A stretch of DNA of 63,088 bases, filler included, from Thelocarpon superellum (taxonomy: Eukaryota): NCBI GenBank assembly GCA_026025795.1. It is 4 parts of 4 records of this genome, joined end to end, with 100 filler letters (N's around TTAATTAATTAA, not from the genome) between each part and the next. Parts side by side here need not be neighbours in the genome. Positions count along the whole stretch, not along the records: positions 1 to 15,709 come from JAPEUG010000404.1; 3 more parts are not named here. The stretch is one strand, 5' to 3'. This document shows positions 1-13,060 of this stretch, one piece after another. The notes under the pieces were generated by a model. It was not told the origin of the DNA. It saw nothing but the letters and a program-made list of their open reading frames with translations, and did no database searches. The position numbers and the translations under genes were made by a program. Numbering within the stretch: position 1 is the stretch's first letter; each line of letters opens with the position of its first letter.

Positions 1-297
1 GTCACGCTCGAGTGCGGTCGTGCAGCGCCTACGCCCCTTGCTTTGCTCGATGTAGGGCAACACACCGTCACCCTCGTTGGCTCGTCACCACGTCACAACT
101 CGTCGTTGCTCCTCTGTGACAAGGAAAGGTGCTTCGTACATGCTGTAATGGTGGGAGGAGATATACCTACATCCTCCGTACATCCTACCGCTAAGCAAGA
201 TAAACCTTCTCACACATCGCAATCGCTAGCCCGGCCCTTGGCGCCCCGGCCCATACCGTGCTCGAGTACTGGAGCCCTCAATCCCGACATCCCCGCA

Positions 298-2226
298 TCA
301 TGCCCAAAGATTGGAAAACCACGACTTGGAAGTGAGATCGCCCACGAAGCCCAGCACGGCACGATCGTCGTCCAATACCCTCGCGTATTCCAGGAGCAAC
401 AGCAGCGTGTAGATCTGCATATCTTCTTTCCTCAGCACGCGGTCCGCCCAGGTTCTGCCGGCCTCTGCGATGCGCTGTGCCTCTGCGTCGTGGCCGGGTA
501 CGACGTTGTTCGCGTCGCTCACGACCTCGTAGCCGTGGAGGTACTCCATGATGCCGTAGAAATCCCCGAACCGCGCGTCCATGGGAACGTAGTGCTTCCA
601 GGCCACCAGGCGTGAGTCGTGCCATTCGCGGAAGATGGTGGACTTGATGGGGACAGAGGTGGACAGGAGAAATGCGCGGTAGCGGCCCGAGAAACTGTTC
701 CCGTCAATGTCCGGCAGGTACTTGCGCCGGTACTGGTCCGGCATTGGCACGCCAGCGACTTCCGCAAGCTGCGGGCCGAGGTACGGACAGCTGTGGTCCG
801 GCAGTTTCGGAAAGCATTCGAGCGTCACGAAACCAACGTCGGTGAAGTTGGACAACCAGCCGCCGAGTTGGCGCGCCTTGGTCGCCTGGAGGCCGTAGAT
901 GTTGCTGGCGGATGGCAGTTCGAAGTTGAGCGGCTGCTCCTCGCCCGTCTCGACCCGCTGCACCTTGCTCCCATTGACCATGGCCACGAACCGAGGCCGT
1001 TGAAAGGCCGTCCAGTTGTCGTCGTGGTTCCGGCCGCCTGCGTTCGCTCCGCGCCAGATTGCGGCGTCGATCTTCTCCGCCCACGGAACGCCGTGGTCGT
1101 CGCCACCGGAGTATTGCTCGTTCGTCGCCCAGTAGACCGCAGAAGGAAGGAGGATCTCGTTGCCGGTGGAGAGCTTGCATTCGCCAAACATCGGGTAGAG
1201 GTGGGAAGACGTGCTAAGGGACACGGGCTCAACGAAGATGCCCTGGTTGGACTGCAGGTCCGGCTGGTGGCAGAGTGATGCCGCGAGGCTGGTGTTCTGG
1301 ACGTAGCCCTTGTAAGAATGAGGCTCGGCATTCGCCATGGAAAGCTCGGGGTGGCGCCATTCATGTGCCACGGTAGCTTGACGTGCTGCGCTATCCGGCG
1401 GACAGCCTCGTCTGGCTCGTTCGAACGGCGGTGATTGGTCCTGTCCGCCGCCATATGGCTCCCAAGCGATGGCCACCCCGGGCTCGGAAGCATCTAACGG
1501 GTATACCGAGAATGAGCTCTTCGTCTGGCCTGCGGGGGTGACGGATCGCCCCCGTCGCTCTTTCGCCACCAGGTCGTTGATGTCTTCCCAGGGAACCATC
1601 AGCCGGGGTTCGTCCATCCCGTTACACGGAATGTCGAGGTCTGGAAGAAATCCGGCGATGCTGGAAATTAGATCCGTCCATTCCGGAGTCCGCATGCCTT
1701 GATCCGTCCGATTCGCCTTTCCATTCCGCACCTGGATGACCGCATCGAGCGCTCGCGCTTCCAGCCGTAGCTCCGCCGGCGGACGGCCCCAATAGGGGCT
1801 CAAGTCGTGATAGATCGGATCAAAGAATTCCTCCACCATCACGGCCTTCCGGCGCCGCGCAAACGCATACCATCGGTCGAAATTTGGTGGAGGATGTCGT
1901 CCTCGTATCTGTCGATATCGGGCTGCGGCGTCGTGAAGGGAGGTAGTCTCGTGGGAAAGCAAGTCGTCGAACTCGCGCTCCGCATTGTGGATCAGGAGAT
2001 CAATCGGATGCTCCGCCTTGTCAGCATCGAGAGGCGGCCTATTGGGACTTGACCCCGGTTCTGCCCCTGCTCCAGCTCCTGCTCTAGTCCCACTTGTCCA
2101 CTCCCGCAGACGGGATGATGTGCTGATCACGTATACGGCAACGAGGAAGAAGCCGACCACGACCGCGATTCGGACAACGGCCGGTCGGCTCCGCCATGGT
2201 GCCACCAGCAGGTTGCCAAGAAGCAT
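298..2226 (-). CDS. Glycosyltransferase family 90 (CAP10-like, putative beta-1,2-xylosyltransferase), single exon
   Basis: Intronless ORF from ATG 2226 with an N-terminal TM anchor (IAVVVGFFLVAVYVI), GRHPPPNFDRWY, and C-terminal KYLPDIDGNSFSGRYRAFL...IFREWHDSRLVAWKHYVPMD typical of Glyco_transf_90/CAP10. Confidence 0.9.
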   Translation of the reverse strand: MLLGNLLVAPWRSRPAVVRIAVVVGFFLVAVYVISTSSRLREWTSGTRAGAGAGAEPGSSPNRPPLDADKAEHPIDLLIHNAEREFDDLLSHETTSLHDAAARYRQIRGRHPPPNFDRWYAFARRRKAVMVEEFFDPIYHDLSPYWGRPPAELRLEARALDAVIQVRNGKANRTDQGMRTPEWTDLISSIAGFLPDLDIPCNGMDEPRLMVPWEDINDLVAKERRGRSVTPAGQTKSSFSVYPLDASEPGVAIAWEPYGGGQDQSPPFERARRGCPPDSAARQATVAHEWRHPELSMANAEPHSYKGYVQNTSLAASLCHQPDLQSNQGIFVEPVSLSTSSHLYPMFGECKLSTGNEILLPSAVYWATNEQYSGGDDHGVPWAEKIDAAIWRGANAGGRNHDDNWTAFQRPRFVAMVNGSKVQRVETGEEQPLNFELPSASNIYGLQATKARQLGGWLSNFTDVGFVTLECFPKLPDHSCPYLGPQLAEVAGVPMPDQYRRKYLPDIDGNSFSGRYRAFLLSTSVPIKSTIFREWHDSRLVAWKHYVPMDARFGDFYGIMEYLHGYEVVSDANNVVPGHDAEAQRIAEAGRTWADRVLRKEDMQIYTLLLLLEYARVLDDDRAVLGFVGDLTSKSWFSNLWA

Positions 2227-3274
2227 GATCGAGGGTTGATCGGTGCCAACTGGATCGACGGCCTGAGGATGATTGACAACGCCGATCGTCCCCCAGCGCC
2301 AAGCGAGCGACGTTTGGCGAACATGCCGCCAAATGTTTTGACCACCGTTAGGTTTCCACTCGGCTGGCGAGTGGCAGGTAGCAAGCATAAGTGCGCCAAG
2401 TATGTTAACCTACTTTTGGCACAATCACGTGATCTGATAGCTTTCTTGGCCAGACTCATATCACCCGTCATTCATGAGTAACATACTCGTACGTCGTTCT
2501 ATCTTATGACTCTTGCACGCGCCATACCACACTAGACTGAGCAAACGTCTCATAGTAAAGCTCCAATAGCCCAGAGCCATTGGTGGTAATTGGCATGGGG
2601 ATCACCTTGGTCGCCAACGACTCTGAAACAAAGGAGGGCACGATGCAGCGCCACGCAAACCCAGAGACTCTTACTGAGAAGATGTAGATGAAAATGCATT
2701 CTGGGGTCATACGCCTTACGAAGCCACGGGCTGGTCGGCCTGAGTACTTTGGAAGATAAGTGCGCACGTACGACCGCTCGAACGGTGCCCCTCACGCCTC
2801 ACTTCTCGGGTGCCTCGTAGGGGAGTACGCACTCTACGAGGCTCGACGACGCTCGCCTGTGGCGAGCAGCACTCGTGCAAGCTAAGCTACAAGTACTTGT
2901 GGTCAGCTCTATCGATAGAGCTTCCCTCAAGCCGTGACTCGTTACTGTGATTCGTCACTCTGCTCTACCGAGTGCTGACGCCCGAGCCTCTCACGCCTGC
3001 CGCCTGCGGCGGCCAAAGTACGAGGACGCCCCATTGCAGCCTAATCGTTAGCTCTTCTGCCCAGTCGCCCACTCCGCACCTCACCCCGAAGACGAGAAAG
3101 AAGACGACGTCGCAGTCGTCGTCAGCTATCCCGTGAGCCACCTGTATCTCTGCAACTGCCTCACCCGGATCTTCTCTTCTCTCCGCCCAGCCACTCGCGC
3201 TCGTCATATGCGTGCTCAACCGCCTGAAAGCCTCCCAACTGTGGGGTCAATCGTTACCATCGCCCATCGACATC

Positions 3275-6200
3275 ATGCTACCCCGCTTCCGCATCCGCCA
3301 TCTACGCTCCTCCAACAACCCGTCGGGCCCCGACTTGGGAGATGATACTATCTCCTCCCCGCTGCATCACGGTCGTGACGGCGACAAGAACAACAATGAC
3401 GACAGCGACCGTGAGAGCGATGACGGTGTCCTGCAGCTCAACCCCGCTGACTATGATCGCATCGTCTTCGACTGCCCAGATGCTGTGCTGACGTACCTTG
3501 ATGATGATGACGGCGAGCTCATCACAGTAAGACTTGACGAGAGGTATGAATGGATCAACGCTAATCACCTCGCCAGATCGGAACCTCACTTGAATTGACC
3601 CAGCGCCTCGCCGAGCCCGTCGTTACTCCGGCGCGCCCGGGACCCCGCACGTTGACCTCCACCATCGACGCTGGCAGCCACGGCAAACCCATGCACATCT
3701 TTGATGTGAATCGATCCAAAAGGGTCCTGAATCTTTGGCGCTTCCTGGAAGCCATACCTCCACCTCAACCCTGGTCCGAGAACGAGGATAGGCAACCGAT
3801 CCTGGTCAAGGGGGAAGAAAAGGGGAAGGGAAAGGGAAAGGTAAAGGAAAGGGAAAAGGAAAGGAAAAAAGGGAATGGAAAGGCGAAGCGGCGGGCCCGA
3901 CATGGACATCACCCTTCCCACGACCATGGCGAGGATCTCGAGGTTCAAGTCGATTTCCATGATGATCTCACTCGCTTTCACGAACTGCACCACCTGCGCA
4001 AAGCTCATCGATCGCGGAGTATGCCTCGCGCGACTGTGCAGATCCTCCCACCTTCGGATTTGTCGACGGGTACGACGCTTACACAGGAGGGAATCAGACA
4101 AGTACATTATCCCACACACCATCATGACGATCTAGCTCACCGCCAACGAAAGGCGGCCGAGGCCGGACGAACGCTCATGAACAGACTCGGATCAGCCCCA
4201 CAGCGTCAGCCCGATTTGTCTGAGCCCGAGAGAGATAGTCATCAGCGCCGATGGACCTCGTATGGCGCAAGCGTGGGCGTGGATCCGCCTAGCCTCGCCA
4301 CCGCCCCTGACGCCAACAACGAGACAGACCGTGGGCGAGTGGGCCCCGCCCTCTCCATCACCGAGGCGGTGGCCCATCCCGATGCGCAGACGCTACGCTC
4401 TTTCATGGAGATCTCCGACGATTCACTTCGCCCCGCGCCCGCCCCACTGACGCAAAATGCCTCCGAAGGAGGACCGGTTGGCGCGAGTCCATCGGTCTCT
4501 GCACCCGCAACGGCGCGGTCTGCCCGAGAGAAGGGTCCCACACCGGCCGAGGGCTTTGCCAACACCCTCCTATCCGTCATGACAACGGTCAGCGACCTCG
4601 GCGCTGAGCTGAAGAACGTCCTTGCCGGCGTGCACGAGCAACTCCAAGGGCCATTGCAGCATGCGCCACAAGCCGCCGAAGTGATCGTCCGAAAGGCGGT
4701 CGAGGGCTTTACCACGCGCGTGCAAGACTTAGCGCACGCCGCCCAGCACGCATCCCATTTGGCACGTAATGCGGCGGAGCAGGCCCGACAGGCCGATGTG
4801 CAAGCCTCGGGCGCCGCCCTGGCCGAATTGAGTCGGACCGCCCTCAGCCTAAGCCAATATGGTCAGGAGATATATGCCCGCGCCAGCCCTGCCTTGGCTG
4901 CCGCAATGGCGCCATCACGCGTCCCCGAGCCCGGATCATCGGAGACGCCGGTCGACCAGGAAACCCCAGGATCTATTGACGCCGCTACCGAGCCAGCCGA
5001 AGATACCGTTGCGAAGTCTCCGGAGCTCGAGTGCGTTGCATTGGCGGGGCTTCCGGTCGATCCTGTCACGGACTCTCGCGCAATTCCACACGCGGATGAC
5101 CTCGGCTCTCCCTTTGACACCCGACGGCGGCCGGTGCGCACGCGGCATGAGCGAGGCGCATCGCCGTATCATCGCCGAAGCGACATGCAGCGCAGCTGCT
5201 TTTCACGGAAGCCTGGTCGAGCGTTTCGAGAGTACCTCGACACTGTTCAAACAGTCCCGGAGACCGAGGGCGGAGTCAATCCGCCGATGGCCCACGCACA
5301 TCACGATCGACTCCGCAGCCGGTCCCCGCCGCCGCCCTCGAGGGTCCCGTCGGCACCAGGCTACAGCCCGTCACGTCCATATTCGTGGACTCTGGGCACG
5401 GAAGGATTCGCTGGCCTTGGTCGCGATGTCTTTGCCCCATCGCACCCACGCCCCGCACCTCCACCCCCGCCCCCGCCCCCGCCGCCCCCAACATCTCTTC
5501 TATCGTTTGTTCCCAGCCCGTCTCATCCCTGGGTGCGTGGCTTTGTGCCACCACTACCACCTCCACCGCCGGTGCCGGCGCGGCCCGACGATCGAGTTCC
5601 AGGACCTCCCAGACATCATCCGCATCCTCTAGGCCATCCACATCGCTTCCCAGCGGGCCCACCGCGTCCATTGCGTCATCGGCAATCCTGGCACCCGGGA
5701 ACGTTCGCACCGCCGCCGCCGCCGATGCCGCAGCCCGCGGTAACCTTTACGACGCCCCCACGTGCCCAGGGTCATGCCCGTCCGACTCGTCCGAGCGACC
5801 GGTTGCCCCGCGTCCGTGGAATTCATGCCACGGTCGACCCCGTCGCCGACGAAATGCCCGCGCGCCGTCACCGCGCAACCTCTCCCCGACGCTTGCCCTC
5901 AGGTGCCCAGGGAGTCCACGCCTTACGACGTGCCCGGACGACTGTTGGGTCGTACCACCGACCTGAAGCCCTGACCGACATCCGCCCACCCTTGATCGTG
6001 GATACGACCGTGGCGGCCGTTCCATCGGTCAGTCCGTCGCGCTGGCCGGAAGACGGCGAGCATTTGGGTTGGGCGCGCTTCCAAGAGCGCTACGAACGCA
6101 TCCCCGGCCACTTTCCCGAAGACGAGGCCCGACGTGCCGATACGAACATCGCCGAGCCGGCGGAAGGTGGGGCAAAGACAAGAACGTGTACGGATCAGCT

Positions 6201-6366
6201 GGTCGAGATGGGCTTTGGAACGACGGAGGACGGCGGTCGAGAGCGTCTCGTTGTGTACGCCCAGGCCGCGAACGGTGATGTGGGGGCCGCGATGGAGATG
6301 ATCGAGGAGGACCGAAAAGCTCACGCGGAACGACGGAGACGCGCGGCGGCCTTGGGGCCTCTTTGA
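3275..6366 (+). CDS. Pro-rich protein with N-terminal PB1-like acidic motif and C-terminal UBA-like domain; exons 3275-3526, 3577-6366
   Basis: Intron 3527-3576 (GTAAGA..GCTAAT..CCAG) joins LTYLDDDDGELIT|IGTSLELTQRL in frame; C-terminus CTDQLVEMGFG...LVVYAQAANGDVGAAMEMIEE is UBA-like. Confidence 0.75.
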
Positions 6367-7216
6367 TATGACCATTCATTCCACTCTATCCGCAAGCGAT
6401 GTACGCTACGCGTCCCTCATGACCTGCCTACCTTAGTCTGCATCGATGACATACTTCACCTCTTCACGCTACTTCCGGCTGCAGGCCCAAACTGTGAAGA
6501 TGGAGGTGGGAGGCGGAGGGTACCAGGTGGCATGGCCATGGACATGCTCCTACTGGCGATGCTCATTGTCTGGGTGGCACGTCGGACCATCGCCGGGGAG
6601 TGCGGGCCCAACGAAGTTGGCCTTCGGTAGAGGGGCCAATGGCCGTCTAGTGTCGTAGTGGCTGGTTCGGGCTGCAAGGGACCTGTCCTTTGCCCGCCGT
6701 AGCGACCCCTTACTAAGCTGGTAGTACCCCTCGGCGAGGTCAGGAGAGGCTGAGCTATGGGACCTGTCAAAGAGATGACGAGGCAGCGGGGCCAGGAAAG
6801 TCAAAAAGAAAGTCTAAGCCGTGCAGTGGTCGACCGAGAGTTTCCCTGCGCGGCGCGGCGCGGCGAGACCAGGAGGAGCAGGAGACGAGAGCAGCGCAAA
6901 GCAAAGCAACGTCACTCCTCGGCCAGGGTCGCACTTGGGCAGCTATCCATCCTTGTGCTGCATTCTCGCATTATTCACGACCGCGACCGCGACCGCGACC
7001 GCAGTCTCGTCGCCTCGTCACCCCGGCGCATGTCTCGTCGCCTACGAATTCACTGACTCTACCGTTGTCACCGTCGCTGGCGCCTCCAATTGTGTCACAA
7101 TCTCTGCGTCCTACACTACCGCTCCGCGCTCCACTCCACGCTCTCCCCCACTCTGCACCGCCCCACCATCACCCTCAATCCCCGCCTCCATCTCCACCAC
7201 CACCACCACCAACACC

Positions 7217-8293
7217 ATGTCGACACCCACGCTAATCAATCTTCCTCCCCCACCTTCGAATCCCGATACACCCTCCGACCTAGGACCGTAAGTGTCGCCG
7301 CACAGATTCTGCTGTCGTTGCCTCCAGCACTACCCGCCCGTGGAGGACGACAGACGTAGAGTCCGGAGAGCTGAGATCGTGCACAGGGGGACACCCGGTT
7401 CGACCACGACCTCGCTATCGGCCCTCTCCACGACCGCGATCAAGGATGGACACCAAGGCCACGGCGGCCACGTCCCGTCGCACGGGCACCAGCATTCCAC
7501 GTCGTCTGGCTCGAGCACCAACACCCTCGACGCCGAGCGCGCCGATCGCATCTCACGCCTTGCCGGGCTCGAACGCGTGGCGACGGTGCGCGGCCAAGCC
7601 GGCACCGCCCACCTGATACCGGGCGCGATTCCCGGGCCGCCGCCGGGCTACTTTGACGGCGGCCAAGGGCAGGTCAAGGAGCGCAGCACGGTCGGCAGTG
7701 CCAGCGCCACGGGCAGCGTCGGCGGCCGCACGACCTGGGCCAGCAGCAGCGACGTCAACGACGCCGACAAGATGAGCGAGGACCAGGACGACGGCGTCTC
7801 CAGCATGGGCGGCTTCTCGGACGAGGGCAACGCCAGCCTGGTCGGCTTCGGCGAGGGCGCCAGCACGACCGACGGACCCGTCTCTACCTCCACCGTCGGC
7901 CGCATCCCCGGTCGACAGAGCGGCGTGGCCAGTCCCATCGTGGCCAATCCCGGCCCCACCAAGCCCGGCCCCACCCCGCCTTATGGCGGCGCCCACGGTC
8001 TCGCTGGCCACCGGCCCTCGTCATCCAACCCCTTCATCAGCGCCAGCACCGGTGGCAGCGGCAGCGTCCCTGGCGACGGGCGCCGCATCGACGGGATGAC
8101 GTATGACGCAAACGTGCTCGACACGGTCGACCGCGCCCCGCCGCCCATTCACGGCATACCCGACGTCATTCCAAGCACGGACTCGGCAGACGCCATGATC
8201 GAGGAACGATTTGAGCCGGGCGAACAGACTCGTCCTCCCCCTTCTGCGGAATCCGAAGGTCAAAGACATCAGGGGCAGTATTACGCTGAGTAA
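7217..8293 (+). CDS. Conserved low-complexity fungal hypothetical protein; exons 7217-7287, 7387-8293
   Basis: MSTPTLINLPPPPSNPDTPSDLGP|GTPGSTTTSLSALSTTAIKDG joined in frame by intron 7288-7386 (GTAAGT..GCTGAG..ACAG); strong GC3 bias. Confidence 0.75.
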
Positions 8294-8303
8294 AGGTAGG
8301 ACA

Positions 8304-8350
8304 TGTGGATGTGGATGTGGATGTGGATGTGGATGTGGATGTGGATGTGG
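8304..8350 (+). repeat. (ATGTGG)n microsatellite in 3' region
   Basis: Tandem hexamer just downstream of the stop codon at 8293. Confidence 0.9.
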
Positions 8351-10689
8351 CAGTAGAGGTGGACAGATTGACCCTGATGGATGATGATGGATGATGACGG
8401 CACGGAAGGGAAGCGCGACCAAAGGACCAGGATCGGGACCAGGAACCAGGAGTGAGGGAAGCATTTTTGTTTTCTGTTCCCACTTTGCTTGTTTGACTAC
8501 TTCTTCGACTGACCGACTGATGAACGGATGGATGGATGGAGCTGCACTGTAGGAATATTCGAGTGTTAATCTCAGCCTGGCTGGGATTGATTGATTGATT
8601 GATTGATTTACGAATGTGATTCTACGACTACAAGTTTGGCTTTGACTACTCCCTGTCGACATCGACCTTTTCAGAACCAAATCTATTACCTGTACGTCTA
8701 TCCATTGGATGTCCATCTCACATCGGTGTTTGAAGATAAGTGCGGGGCAGAAGATTACTACAGCACAGTGTGGTCTTGACAAGGAGAAGAAGAAAAAGTA
8801 GGGGAAGCGTAAGTCTACACATGTGTGCAGCGTCGTAGTAGAAAATGAGACACACTGGCGCGGCATGGACCTTAGTCAGGACAGTGCCGGGGGTATAACG
8901 AAGCGGGTCGACACGCGGGGACCCACGACTAGGGAAAACGACGAAGCTGCGGTTCTAATTCGTGCTGACCCGGAACGAGAGCGGTTCTCGCTCGGGGTCC
9001 GGATCCAAGTTCTGGTCCGCAACCAAGCAGGGCCGTCCCAGACGTAAGTGGTTGTTGAGACTACCGCCTGAACCGTGCATTACATAGATGACCTTTTCTT
9101 CTGGCGCGCGAGACAAGTGGCTTTGGCTCAATGCCGATGGCCGCGGGATCCGCGTCAGTGAATGCGTCAGCCATGTTCGAGAGACGGCGTTGACGGAAAA
9201 TACGCGTCTCACTCCGAAGGCTATGGTACTCGTCGAGGAGAAGGTTGAGCTCGGAGTTTGACTGGACGAGTCCCCCGCGACTGTGTCTCCAGAGCACGAG
9301 GAGGTCGTGAGAACACAATCAAGAGAAATCTTTACCAGTCGCACGTCGATTACGTAGGGATGGAAGGCAACGCGCGGGTGGGTATCGAGTATTGGCGGCA
9401 CGGGGGCCCCGCCCAACAGTTGCTGGCCATTCGTGAACTCACCTGTTCCAACGGAGCGAGCTGGGGTTCATCATGGCGGGAGCCAGGGTCAAGCGGCGGA
9501 CACGCGAAGCTCCTCCTCTGCCGCTTTTGGCCCCCGCGCTTCTTCAACATGATTTCGACACAAGCCCACACTGGAGAGCTGAGGCTCCGGCCCATTTTGT
9601 CCCAATAACAGCGCGGAACTCCAACTGCCATGTTGAAGGCTGGCTTCTGCGGCACGTGCCGCAGAAGCTACATTTGGGCCCACCTCAAGCCATCGTCGAA
9701 TACACTCACGTTGGAAGATTCGGCAAGGTCTCTTGGATGTCCCGGACCAGCAACGTCCAAACCAGTAACCTCCAAAACGGAGTTGGGCGGATGCATCTTG
9801 GGCGAGAGAAGTCCGGGGTGGACCCACCGTGTGGCCGACTGGTCTCCAAAGTGCTTCAGCGACACTTCGCACAGGGTCGTCATGACCCTCCGTACCACAC
9901 CAATATCCCCCTTCCACTCCTCTCCACTCTATGCTAGTACTCCCCGTTCAGATGGTAGCAAAGTGGGGTGGTCGATGTGGGATGTGGGACCTGCGATAGG
10001 CGTGGGCTGTCATGTCTGGGAGTGGGACGCACCCACAACAACAGAAACCCTCCGTAAAGCCAAAGCACACAGGCGTCAACACGCAGGCCGACCGACTTCA
10101 TGGTCGAACACTATGTTAGCACATCTAGTCGTAGGACAGACATCCTCCACCTGCTGCCTAGGACGACATGTTCTCGCCGCGCGAGACTGAATCCTCCTTC
10201 GTCCTTTCTCGTCTTCCGACTCTTCTCCTCCCATCGATTTTTGGCCAAGGCGGTCGGCAATGCCGGTTTGAAGAATCGCACAGGACTCGTCCTCGTAGTC
10301 GCACTCGCACCCGCACGGTAAAGACGGACACGAACAGCGACCAACGGCCTACGACCAGCGAACGACCAACAGCGTACACGCACAGCCCGCATTGCTTTTC
10401 CCGCCACGTCAAATCGGTCGCTTCGCAAAACCAAAAAGATATTTTGGGTGCGAGTTGTTGACCGCACCTCGCCGTGCGCCCGTGCGCATTGAATTTGAAC
10501 GGTTACGAGACAAAGATTGGGAGCAAGTGCGAGCAGTCGTACAGGCGGACGAGTACTCGCGTACATCCTCCTCCGAGGAAGTCTCCCCAGTCTCATCTCA
10601 AACATCGTCACATTGCGTCGGCCCCCGGCAGCCAACCTCCACGCGGCGCATCGTCCGTCCTCGAAGGCTCTCTGTGACTTTGAGTAGTC

Positions 10690-13060
10690 ATGGCGGCCCC
10701 CATGCAATTTGCCTACCGGACGTTGAAGGGAATTGGCATCGTCAATGCCGCACCGGTGTACGAGTCATTACCTGGCTTCGAGAGGTATGAATTCGACGGC
10801 GCTTGTGGCTTCCAGGTCTGACTCAACTCGGCCTAGACCAGGAGGCAACTTACGCTGCTGTACATACTCTCCGTGCGGACGGTACTTTGCCTGGGCCTCG
10901 CCCGACCAGTGAGACGCTCTTGTCCAATCCTCCATCCTAGCCTGGTCCTGATCGTGTAGGGTCGCGGTCATCGATGCGTCCGTGGGATCCATCATCACCA
11001 CCTTGCCCACGTCGAACGTCTATGAGCTCGGCTTCTCTCCTCAAGGTTCCTATCTCATCACCTGGGAACGGCCGTCGAAAGACGCCGACGGGAACGCGTC
11101 CAAGAACCTCAAGGTGTGGCGGGTGGTGGAGCGGTCAGAGGGCGATCGACGCGCCATGGGACAGTTCGTGCAGAAATCACAGACCGGATGGAACCTGCAG
11201 TACACCTCGGACGAGCGCTTCTGCGCACGCACCGTGACCAATGAGGTGCAGTTCTACGACAGCGGGGACTTCGGCACGGTATGGAACAAGCTGCGGGTGG
11301 AGGGCGTGACGGACTTTGCCATCTCACCCGGCAAGAATCACTCCGTGGCCGTGTTCATTCCCGAACGAAAGGTGGATCCTGATGGCCGTCGCTGCCGATG
11401 CATGACTGACGGGGACAGGGCCAACCTGCCACGGTCAAAGTGTTCAACGTGCCACATTTCACCTCGGCCGTGTCGCAAAAGACCTTTTTCAAAGGGGACA
11501 AGGTGCAGCTGAAGTGGAACGACCAAGGCACCAGCTTGATCGTGCTGGCGCAGACGGAGGTCGACAAGACGGGCAAGAGCTACTACGGCGAGACGAATCT
11601 GTACATTCTCGGTGCGAATGGAGGCTTTGATTCGAGGGTGCAGCTAGGTCGGTAGTCTCTGTCGGCGGGATGGGAGTGATCTGCTGACCGGGTGCCCAGA
11701 CAAAGAAGGACCGATTCATGACGTTACCTGGTCACCGAACTCGCGCGAGTTTGGGGTGGTCTATGGATACATGCCGGCCAAGGCGACCATCTTCAACGAG
11801 CGCGCGGTGCCGACGCATGAATTTCCCCTCAAGCCGCGCAATACCATCTTATTCTCGCCCAACGCGCACTTCGTCTTGGTGGCAGGGTTTGGGAACCTGG
11901 CCGGACAGATGGACATATACGATCTCGAGCAAGACTATGCCAAGATCACGACGGTGGAAGCGACGAATCCGAGCGTGTGCGAATGGAGTCCAGATGGGCG
12001 ATATATTCTAACGGCGACGACGAGTCCACGATTACGCGTGGACAATGGGGTGAGGATATGGCATGTCAGCGGTGGCTTGATGTATAACGAAGATCTAAAC
12101 GAACTCTATCATGTGGGTCATCTCCGTGGAAGGAAACCGGTCAAGGCTGACATGATGCAGGTCTGCTGGCGCCCACAACCCAGTGCGCTGCTCATCAAAA
12201 GCAACCCGCTGCACCCGCTTCCTGCCCCGCATCACTCGGCATTAACCTACCTGGGCACGGTCAAGACGCCGTCCAAACCCGCGGGCGCCTACCGACCGCC
12301 CGGCGCACGGGGTCAGGTGACGCCGCTCCACTTCAAGCGCGAGGACGAGGGGGGTGCTGCGCATATCAGCAATGGGGCCGCGGCCCCGTACGGTGGAGGA
12401 GTCGCAAATGGTTTCGGCAAGGCACGACGGCGCGAGGTGCCCGGAGCCGAGGCAGCAAGTGACGAACACCTCCCCCCAGGTGCAGCCCCGGGTGGGGGAG
12501 TCAGCTTGGTAGGGGTCGCCGACAACAACGATGAGGGTCTGTCCAAGGCGGCGCTGAAGAACAAAAAGAAGCGCGAGGCGAAGAAGGCAAAGGAGAGAGG
12601 GGAGGAGCAAGCTGCAGAGCTATCCACAAACTTGCACGAAGGACGAGAGTGGATCCGAGGAGGGAATCAAGCACAAGCAGACAGCCATCCGTCGCAGGCC
12701 CCGCAAGGTGCCGCAGCCACAGCAGCATCAGTCGCGAGCCCAACGACGCCATCAAAACCCACGCCGCCTCACCCCGCCAGCGCACCATCGACTGGCACCC
12801 CGTCTACATCGACCAGCACCATCACCACCACTACCACCTCCTCCGCGGCTGCCGCGGCAGAAGCAGCCGCCGCCGCAGCGGGGTTGCAGTCGCCACGGGA
12901 GAAGAAGATCCGCGGCCTGCTGAAGAAAGTCCGCGCCATCGACGACCTGAAGATGCGCCTGGCGGCCGGTGAGAAACTGGAGGATACGCAGATGAAGAAG
13001 ATCGCGTCCGAAGATGGCGTCAGGAAGGAATTGGACGGGTTGGGCTTTGTTGCTGATTGA
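10690..13060 (+). CDS. eIF2A: Eukaryotic translation initiation factor 2A (beta-propeller), 6 exons
   Basis: MAAPMQFAYRTLKGI..., NVYELGFSPQGSYLITWER, KTGKSYYGETNLY, KEGPIHDVTWSPNSREFGVVYGYMP, AGFGNLAGQMD, TSPRLRVDNG, C-terminal KKIRGLLKKVRAIDDLKMR; five GT-AG introns restore frame. Confidence 0.95.
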
